Virus record (IMG/VR): IMGVR_UViG_3300020003_000002
Location: 1-51,133 of that record
DNA length: 51,133 nt
Direction: 5' to 3' (one strand)
Origin: a virus
Taxonomy: Duplodnaviria > Caudoviricetes
Position 1 is the stretch's first letter; every line of letters begins with the position of its first letter. A model generated the notes under the pieces. The model made no database searches. It had not been told where the DNA came from and saw only the letters and a program-made list of their open reading frames with translations. Below, in pieces: positions 45,026 through 51,133 of this stretch. The position numbers and the translations under genes are program-made.

Positions 45026-45291
45026 GACCCACTCCTCGACTTGGCGCCGAGCACCTCGATGAGCCGCAGCGTCTTGGCGTCCGGCGAACCGCACGATCCG
45101 CACATGGCGTCTCCGGCGGGACCGATCCGCCAGCCGGACTTCCGTGCCGCCGCCAACAGTTCCGCCTCGGTGGTGAACGGCGACCCACTAGCGCCGGGGA
45201 ACGCCTTCGTGCACTTGAACGTGCCGTAGTCCGGCGAACCATCGTCGAAGTAGGCGGCACCGTCGCAGGCGAGAATCAGGCGGACACTCAC
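45022..45291 (-). CDS. Zn-binding hypothetical protein
   Basis: CDG...C...GW...CGSC. Confidence 0.6.
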   Translation of the reverse strand: MSVRLILACDGAAYFDDGSPDYGTFKCTKAFPGASGSPFTTEAELLAAARKSGWRIGPAGDAMCGSCGSPDAKTLRLIEVLGAKSRSGS

Positions 45292-45671
45292 GCTGCACCT
45301 ACCGGTGGGCTGTCGTGGTATGCGCCGTCGTGGCCCAGGTACACGTACCGCGACTCGTGGTCAACCAGGCATGCCACCGTGGCCGGGTCGTCCAACTGCT
45401 GCACCAGCCAGCCGGCGGTGATCGCGTCGGAACGGTGGCGCTCTACGTGCGTGTGGCACCGAAGGCACAGCGAGACCAGGTTCTGCGGCTGGTTGGTTTC
45501 CTCCCGGTCGGTGCCGCCCATGGCCCTTGGTCTGCGGTGGTGCAACTGGAGCTCGGCAGCACCGCAGCGGATACAGGCGTAGCCGTCGCGTTGAAGTACC
45601 AGCGCCACCGTGTGCGGCTTCGGGCCGGTGCGGCGGTGGTTGCGCCGCATGGGGCTACGCGTCAACATCAC
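45288..45671 (-). CDS. HNH endonuclease
   Basis: RDGYACIRCG...HHRRPRAMGG...NLVSLCLRCH. Confidence 0.85.
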   Translation of the reverse strand: MMLTRSPMRRNHRRTGPKPHTVALVLQRDGYACIRCGAAELQLHHRRPRAMGGTDREETNQPQNLVSLCLRCHTHVERHRSDAITAGWLVQQLDDPATVACLVDHESRYVYLGHDGAYHDSPPVGAA

Positions 45672-45678
45672 GGCCCTC

Positions 45679-46557
45679 TCAGATGTGCACGTCGTAGACG
45701 CTGAACAGGGCTTCGTCGGGGGCGGCGGCGATGATGGTCTGCGCTACGGAGTTCCAGTCGTCCGTCTCGTCGTGGACCATGCCCCACCAGCCCATGCGGC
45801 CGCGCTCATGCCAGCCGTCATCGTCGAGAATGGCGAAGGGGACGCCCGCCGCGGCCCGTGCTTGGGCGACGTGTGCGGCGATTGGGTCCGGCTGGTCCAG
45901 GCATAGGTAGTTGACGGGATCATCGACGTAGAGCTTGGCCTCATTCAGCGCCCGGATGCCGGCTTGGCTGTGGTAGTACTGCCGAGCGGAGTCGATGTCG
46001 CCGGGGAACATCTCTTCGCGAACCTTCGCCCATGCCACCAGCGGTGGCGTACCCGCCAGCGCGCGGGACGCCCTCGCGTGAAAGGCCGCCGCCTCGTCGG
46101 CCGCCGCGACCTGCATGCCGTCGAAGTCGATGTCGCGCTTGCGTACCTGATCCGCCCAGCCGTACTTTCCGCGCGAAGTCATCAACCCCGGCTCGCCAGT
46201 CTCTCCGCGGGCGCCGTCCTTCAGCCTGAAGTAGCCGGTCCACCGGCCGCCGAGCTGATACCAATCCCAGCGTGAAAGCGGGTTGTATGTCGACATGTGG
46301 TAGGCGCGGTCCGCGTCCGAGTCGTAGAGCAGCGGGTCGTCATCCCCGTATCGCCCATTGAACGCAGCGACGTATTCGGGCCACTTGGCGTCTGCCGCCA
46401 GGCCACACTCCTCAACGGTCCCCTTCCATGACCAGTGGTCCTGCGGCGTCTGCGCGTCTTCGTACTTTCGGTACGGCTCGACTTCAATGTTCTCGTCGTA
46501 AGGGACGAGCATCTTCTCGGGGTCTTCGCCGATGACAAGAACGGTGCTGTGACTCAT
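45679..46557 (-). CDS. Trp-rich phage hypothetical protein (292 aa)
   Basis: MSHSTVLVIG...YNP..RWDWYQLGGRW...GRMGWWG...DVHI. Confidence 0.85.
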   Translation of the reverse strand: MSHSTVLVIGEDPEKMLVPYDENIEVEPYRKYEDAQTPQDHWSWKGTVEECGLAADAKWPEYVAAFNGRYGDDDPLLYDSDADRAYHMSTYNPLSRWDWYQLGGRWTGYFRLKDGARGETGEPGLMTSRGKYGWADQVRKRDIDFDGMQVAAADEAAAFHARASRALAGTPPLVAWAKVREEMFPGDIDSARQYYHSQAGIRALNEAKLYVDDPVNYLCLDQPDPIAAHVAQARAAAGVPFAILDDDGWHERGRMGWWGMVHDETDDWNSVAQTIIAAAPDEALFSVYDVHI

Positions 46558-46808
46558 GATTTTGGCCTCTCGTAAACCATCGGGATGTCCACGCCTCGTA
46601 GCCGGTTCAGCCGTCTCCTCGCCGCTGATTCGCCGTCTGTCTTGAGTGGACGTGACCACGCGCGCTGCTCCTCGCGATGATCACAACTCCAGCAGATGTG
46701 GATAACCTGCAGGTGCCAGTTCTCGCCCTCGTCCGGGCCGAGCTCCATGAACATGCGCTTGTGGCATTTCGGGCAAAGCCGTGGTGAATCAAGAACCTGC
46801 ACTGCCAT
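46554..46808 (-). CDS. Zn-ribbon protein
   Basis: CPKC...CWSC. Confidence 0.55.
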   Translation of the reverse strand: MAVQVLDSPRLCPKCHKRMFMELGPDEGENWHLQVIHICWSCDHREEQRAWSRPLKTDGESAARRRLNRLRGVDIPMVYERPKS

Positions 46809-47460
46809 CGGACTTCACCTCCTCGGCTGCCTTGCCGTTGATCTCGCCGCGTCGCGCGACAACGGCGATCTTCAGGTGGTCGAACGTGGCCGGCGAAATC
46901 CGGTCCTCGGCACCAGGTTTCTTCGCCGCGACAAGTCGCTTGGCGATGTCGTCGAGCTCGGTGCTGCTCTTGGCGTCCTCGATCTCGAACTGCCACGCGG
47001 TACGCAGCGTCTCTTGCTCGTGGGGATCCCAATGCTCCGACTTCTCGGCAACCCGGATCGGCTTCTCACTGGCCGCCGCACCGTCGTCGTCCTCATCCGG
47101 CGCCACGCCGACGATCGAACACAGCGCGTATCTCCGTGCGTAGGTGATGGCCGAGCCGATCTCCTGCGCCGTGCCCGACTGCGGCAGCGGATACTCACCC
47201 TCGTCCGAATCGCCGCAGGCGTGCAGAAGGCGGTAGGCGAGGACGAACTTGCCGCCCTCGTTGAATGTCGGCTTGGCTGTAAACGACAGACCCACTGCGC
47301 CGAGAGCCGGTAGGACTACACCGGAAACCTCGGCTAGGTCGGCGTAGGAGTACTGGTAGGACCCGCCGTCCTTCGTCTTCACCTTCGCCGTCTTGGTTTT
47401 GACGATCGGCGGAAGCTTGGCCTGAAACGCAGCTAGGGCGGATGCGAGGTTGTCGGTCAT
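46789..47460 (-). CDS. erf: ERF-family ssDNA annealing protein
   Basis: YSYADL...GSAITYARRYAL..IVGVAPDEDDDG. Confidence 0.93.
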   Translation of the reverse strand: MTDNLASALAAFQAKLPPIVKTKTAKVKTKDGGSYQYSYADLAEVSGVVLPALGAVGLSFTAKPTFNEGGKFVLAYRLLHACGDSDEGEYPLPQSGTAQEIGSAITYARRYALCSIVGVAPDEDDDGAAASEKPIRVAEKSEHWDPHEQETLRTAWQFEIEDAKSSTELDDIAKRLVAAKKPGAEDRISPATFDHLKIAVVARRGEINGKAAEEVKSDGSAGS

Positions 47461-47663
47461 CGCTGCTCCTCATCGCACCGTGCACATACCGGCGGCGTGT
47501 CGGTTGGCTGCTCGCAGATGTCGCAGCAGCACCAGGGGCAGGGCAGGGTTTTGACGAGCGTGACGACGTCGCCGCGCATTTCGATGACGGGCATGGTCTG
47601 CTCGCCGCCGCAGAATCGGCAGACTTCCGGCACGGACAGGTCGGCGATGTGGATGATGGCCAT
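47457..47663 (-). CDS. Small Cys-rich protein
   Basis: Four CxxC motifs; coupled. Confidence 0.55.
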   Translation of the reverse strand: MAIIHIADLSVPEVCRFCGGEQTMPVIEMRGDVVTLVKTLPCPWCCCDICEQPTDTPPVCARCDEEQR

Positions 47664-48088
47664 CAGGACACCGCCACCAACGTGCAGGGGCAGGCACATC
47701 CGCCAGCACAGTCCCGGTGGTCAACCAGGCAGGACGCACACCACCATTCGCGGCTCAACGTGGCCTGCTCTTCCTGCGTCCACGTGGCGCCGACGAGGGT
47801 GTTGAACTGGCCGGTGGGTGTGTCGTCCGGTTCGGGTGCGCGGTGGCGTCCGGGCCGGTCTTCGCCGACGATGAGTCCGACCCGTGCGGGTAGGTCGGAT
47901 GGTGTTTGGCGTTGCGGCCACGCGTCGTAGAAGTCGATCGGTAGCAGCGAGTGGCGTGCAGGTGCAAGCCAGCCTCTGAGGCGTTTGTCTTCCGCTTCGG
48001 CGCGGCAGGTGGCGTTGTCGCGCATCATGGCGTGGACGATGCCGCCGGTGGGCAGCAGGAACAGCACACACAGGATCAGGGCGGTCAC
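47663..48088 (-). CDS. Membrane-anchored hypothetical protein
   Basis: N-terminal TM helix; C-terminal Cys cluster. Confidence 0.6.
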   Translation of the reverse strand: MTALILCVLFLLPTGGIVHAMMRDNATCRAEAEDKRLRGWLAPARHSLLPIDFYDAWPQRQTPSDLPARVGLIVGEDRPGRHRAPEPDDTPTGQFNTLVGATWTQEEQATLSREWWCASCLVDHRDCAGGCACPCTLVAVS

Positions 48089-48291
48089 GGCAGGCCTTTC
48101 ATCAGTCGGTTGCGCACGTCGAGCAGCCCGTCGATGAGGTGCTGCGCGTTGTGGGTGTTCCGGTATGCGGCCAGTGCCGCGTCGCCTTTGGCGATGGCGG
48201 AGAGCATGTGGGCTTCGAGTCGGTCGGCCGGCGTCTCGTCAGGGACGTAGCCTCGGGGTGCGGCGTGGCGGCCGCGGGCAAACAGGGTCAT
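48085..48291 (-). CDS. Hypothetical protein
   Basis: MTLFARGRHAA start; ATGA overlap. Confidence 0.55.
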   Translation of the reverse strand: MTLFARGRHAAPRGYVPDETPADRLEAHMLSAIAKGDAALAAYRNTHNAQHLIDGLLDVRNRLMKGLP

Positions 48292-48638
48292 CGCTTCACC
48301 GCCAAAATCTGGGCGCAGTCCGGGCACGGGATTCCGGCATCCCTGCGCGCGTCTCTGCAACGCATATGCACGAAGCCGGGGCCGACGAGAACCAACGTGT
48401 CGCCGACGATGTGGTCGGCCGGTTCCAACTCCCGCTCGCCCATCAGTTCGGCTACCACGTCGTCTATGCCGGTTGGGTCCTCAGCTACGAGGGCACAGCG
48501 CCGTTCGGCTTCGACAGCCGCCTCCAGCACGACGGCCTGCCGCCAGGTCCGGCGCCGGTCCCAGCGGTCGATCAGGTACAGGGCGGCGAGGCAGATCAGC
48601 AGTCCGGTGATGGCTGTGCCGGCGATGTAGTCGGTCAT
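48288..48638 (-). CDS. Membrane-anchored Cys-containing protein
   Basis: N-terminal TM helix; CPDC. Confidence 0.6.
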   Translation of the reverse strand: MTDYIAGTAITGLLICLAALYLIDRWDRRRTWRQAVVLEAAVEAERRCALVAEDPTGIDDVVAELMGERELEPADHIVGDTLVLVGPGFVHMRCRDARRDAGIPCPDCAQILAVKR

Positions 48639-48982
48639 GATGGCTCCCGCAGGGTGGCGCGGGCCACGTCGATCAGTTCAGGCACACCGACGCGGGCCAG
48701 TAGGTCGGCGTCCATCTCGCCCATCCAGGCGACCTGCTCCATGCAGGCAGCCAACGCCAATGCAACTGGCGGGTGCATGAGTGCGACGTACCGGCCGTCG
48801 TACATGTCGAAGGACCAGCAGTCGCCGCGATCGTCGTGCGTAGCGCAATCGATCTCAACGTTGCGCTGGACATGACGGACGGCTGACCACGTGTACTCGG
48901 GGCACCACGGGCGCTCTTTCTGCGCCTTCTCGGCGTGCTCGCGCAGGGCGGCCGCCGCGCGCTGCAACAGTTCGGCGCTCAT
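48635..48982 (-). CDS. Hypothetical protein
   Basis: YVALMHPPVALALA; coupled. Confidence 0.7.
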   Translation of the reverse strand: MSAELLQRAAAALREHAEKAQKERPWCPEYTWSAVRHVQRNVEIDCATHDDRGDCWSFDMYDGRYVALMHPPVALALAACMEQVAWMGEMDADLLARVGVPELIDVARATLREPS

Positions 48983-49122
48983 CGTTGCCTCCTGCGCCGT
49001 TCGGCGTACGCCACCGCATCCAAGATCGGACTCGGCGCGATGTGTATGCCGGCGGGTGTGTTGAGGATGCGCAAAACCTGCATCTGACGGGCGCCGAGGC
49101 GAGCAGCAGGGGTGGGGGTCAT
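48979..49122 (-). CDS. 47-aa peptide (not in ORF track)
   Basis: ATGA overlaps at both ends. Confidence 0.5.
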   Translation of the reverse strand: MTPTPAARLGARQMQVLRILNTPAGIHIAPSPILDAVAYAERRRRQR

Positions 49123-49448
49123 GGCCGCTCCTCCATGTCGGCCGCTTCGTTTAGAGCGGCAGCCATCGCGCGGGCCTGATCCTTCGGCAGGTTGTAGCCG
49201 TGATTGCCGGCCCTTATGTTGACGTGGGTCCGGCGAGGAGGGACGTCAACCGTCAGGTCGCTGTCGTCCCACCGCCACAGCGGCGGCGGCGGAACCACGG
49301 CGAGCATCGAGAGCGGAAGCGCGAGAAGACCATTGACGCCCGGCAGATCGAAGTACACACACCTGCCTACGGCCATGTCGTAGTCGCCGTGCTTGGCGGC
49401 TTCGTACTCGCCACCGCCAAGCGCTTTGGGCAGCCTGTAGCGCGTCAT
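49119..49448 (-). CDS. Hypothetical protein, RYRLPxALGGGE family copy 1
   Basis: Shares N-terminus with 50133-50636. Confidence 0.7.
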   Translation of the reverse strand: MTRYRLPKALGGGEYEAAKHGDYDMAVGRCVYFDLPGVNGLLALPLSMLAVVPPPPLWRWDDSDLTVDVPPRRTHVNIRAGNHGYNLPKDQARAMAAALNEAADMEERP

Positions 49449-49666
49449 CGCGTAGCACCACCGATCGCATACCCGACGACTCCGACCGGCACCGGCGGGA
49501 AGTACTCGACAATGCCGGAATCAAGCGCTGCCCTTATCGCTTTCGCCAGCACGTCCAGCCGCTCGCGTTCCGACGTCGATTTGAGCGCCACGAGAATCTC
49601 GACGACGCGCCGCGCTTCGGCGGTCTCTTGCCACGACAGCGGCTGCGTCTCATCGAATCCAGTCAT
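49445..49666 (-). CDS. Hypothetical protein with PVPVGVxGYAIG motif
   Basis: MTGFDETQ start; ATGA overlap. Confidence 0.65.
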   Translation of the reverse strand: MTGFDETQPLSWQETAEARRVVEILVALKSTSERERLDVLAKAIRAALDSGIVEYFPPVPVGVVGYAIGGATR

Positions 49667-50136
49667 TCGTCTCTCCAATCAGGCGCGCCGTGGGCGGAGC
49701 CGGCCGGACCGGCGACCATGTAGCCCTGACTCGCGACCGCGGCGCGTGCCCGGGCATCACGCAACTCAGCAAGCCGGTCCTGTAGTTCCGCCGACCGTTC
49801 TTTGCTGAGCACGCCGGTACCCGGCGGCGCCGGTGTTAGTCCGCTGCGAATCCCGATCGCGTACCCCTGCACCCCAACCGGCACCGGCTCAACCCGAAGG
49901 TCGTGCGCCGTGGCCGAACGTTCACGCAGCGGCTCAAACCGGATCGCCTGACCCAACGCGGCCAACCTCCACAGCACGGAGATGGCCTGGTCCAGTTCGT
50001 CGCCGTCGAGGTAACGCAGCCACGCTTCGGCGCAGCCCATGTCACCGGTCCAGGCACGGCGCACAGCCACGGACAGGAACGTTTGCGGTTCGCCGGATGA
50101 GGGGATGCTGGCGGGGGCAGTGTGGGAGTGGGTCAT
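49663..50136 (-). CDS. Hypothetical protein with PVPVGVxGYAIG motif
   Basis: MTHSHTAP start; ATGA overlap. Confidence 0.65.
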   Translation of the reverse strand: MTHSHTAPASIPSSGEPQTFLSVAVRRAWTGDMGCAEAWLRYLDGDELDQAISVLWRLAALGQAIRFEPLRERSATAHDLRVEPVPVGVQGYAIGIRSGLTPAPPGTGVLSKERSAELQDRLAELRDARARAAVASQGYMVAGPAGSAHGAPDWRDE

Positions 50137-50636
50137 GACGCACCGTCCGCTGCCGCCTTGAGGAGAGCCAGACCCATGGCGTGAGCTACGTCGGGCGGCA
50201 GGATCCAGCCCAGGCCGACGTCGTTCTTGGCCGGCCTGACACCAAGGTGAATGTCGCCCCTGTTCCCGTCGCGATCGATGGTGATTTCGGCGCCAAGCCA
50301 AGAACTCCCGACCCACGGCAACTCTGGTGCCTGCGCCAGTGGGTCAGGGACGAGGGAAACAGTCGGATGATCAATGTCACGCCAGCGACGCTGCCCGCCG
50401 GTTAGCGTCTGCCACAGCACGCCGGATGCGTGCTCCCGCATCGCCTTCCAGACGTAGCCCTTGCCGTCGAGGATGATCGACCCTAGTGGCGGCTCCGGCC
50501 GCTCGACGAGGACGACGAGTTCGGCCGGGATCCGGGCCTGCGAATCGCACCCCGGGATGCTGAACCACAGTCCGCCGTTGGTGATAGTGCCTTCAACTTC
50601 GCCGCCGCCGAGTGCTTCGGGCAGTCGATACCTCAT
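50133..50636 (-). CDS. Hypothetical protein, RYRLPxALGGGE family copy 2
   Basis: MRYRLPEALGGGE start; ATGA overlap. Confidence 0.7.
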   Translation of the reverse strand: MRYRLPEALGGGEVEGTITNGGLWFSIPGCDSQARIPAELVVLVERPEPPLGSIILDGKGYVWKAMREHASGVLWQTLTGGQRRWRDIDHPTVSLVPDPLAQAPELPWVGSSWLGAEITIDRDGNRGDIHLGVRPAKNDVGLGWILPPDVAHAMGLALLKAAADGAS

Positions 50637-50896
50637 GACTCGCCCCCGAAGGCCGCCACCATGCACGTCACTTCGCCCAGCAGCCCGCAATAGGCCGAGT
50701 TGACGACGTGACGCACCGCTTCGTGTTCGGTGTACCGTCCGGCCTTATCCCGGTCCGGGGTGTAGCCGCGGGCATCCGGCGCCCACCACTCCTGATGCCC
50801 GTTGTGCCAAAGCAGGAAGCGGACGGTGGACTGGTCCGGCGCCGGGGCGTGGACGGAGGTGGGGAGGATGTCTGGCAGGTCGGTCAAGGCGGTCAT
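50633..50896 (-). CDS. Small phage hypothetical protein
   Basis: WW.PDARGYT.....AGRY...EA motif. Confidence 0.7.
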   Translation of the reverse strand: MTALTDLPDILPTSVHAPAPDQSTVRFLLWHNGHQEWWAPDARGYTPDRDKAGRYTEHEAVRHVVNSAYCGLLGEVTCMVAAFGGES

Positions 50897-51111
50897 GACT
50901 GCCGTCCCATACGCGCGTAGATCTCGGCGGTCCGGCGCTGGCTGCGGTACGTGCTCACCAACAGGGGAATTGTGGCGGCCCAGATCAGCGAGAGTGCAGC
51001 CCAGACCCAGCCGAACACCGGTTTGCCGGCAAGGAAATAGGCAACTGATGCGGCGATGTAGAAGAGCAGCGCGAGCGAGTTGAGGATGATGGGGAACTTG
51101 CTGGGTCGCAC
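50893..51111 (-). CDS. Small two-helix membrane protein
   Basis: Two TM helices; GAGGAG RBS with GTG start. Confidence 0.7.
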   Translation of the reverse strand: MRPSKFPIILNSLALLFYIAASVAYFLAGKPVFGWVWAALSLIWAATIPLLVSTYRSQRRTAEIYARMGRQS

Positions 51112-51133
51112 GGTACGATCTCCTCTGTCTAGG

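Larger units (their letters stand above)
1..51133. mobile_element. Temperate actinobacteriophage genome (siphovirus-type), circularly permuted
   Basis: Packaging, head, tail, lysis, integration/immunity and replication modules are all present in canonical order; no host housekeeping genes recognised; both window ends fall in the minus-strand early region. Confidence 0.93.

Noticed and set aside
5700-51100. Numerous long plus-strand ORFs (e.g. 15421-16941, 33612-35207, 8498-9562)
   Set aside because: Antisense shadows of high-GC minus-strand genes with no recognisable motifs; only 10130-10696 and the 33467-33676 tail of one ORF look real

Overview
High-GC temperate siphovirus of an actinomycete, probably a sporulating one. 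The window looks like a complete or nearly complete genome, circularly permuted inside the early region, with no host genes recognised. Almost all genes are on the minus strand. Reading the late arm down from about 37 kb: packaging HNH, putative cos region, HNH insert, terS, terL, an oversized portal (about 1337 aa), HNH insert, prohead protease/scaffold, two cement-like proteins flanking the major capsid protein, head-tail adaptor, a five-gene fibre cluster, stopper, neck, tail terminator, tail tube, frameshifted tail chaperones, tape measure, tail tip, then amidase endolysin, holin and a secreted beta-helix protein. A cro/repressor/short tyrosine integrase switch lies at 2.1-3.7 kb, followed by an HTH + DUF2637 accessory module. 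The early arm (37-51 kb and 0.1-2.1 kb) holds ERF, two ParB-like genes, a replication initiator with iterons, WhiB and many small Zn-finger genes. Main highlights: (1) the portal carries an effector-like tail in which an ADP-ribosyltransferase-like domain is bracketed by a perfect in-frame 27-bp direct repeat and a GrpE-like module by a 12-bp in-frame repeat; (2) four BldD-box-like sites symmetrically flank the putative cos site; (3) the immunity region has the layout of integration-dependent immunity systems. All family calls come from motif recognition by eye; no database search was run.
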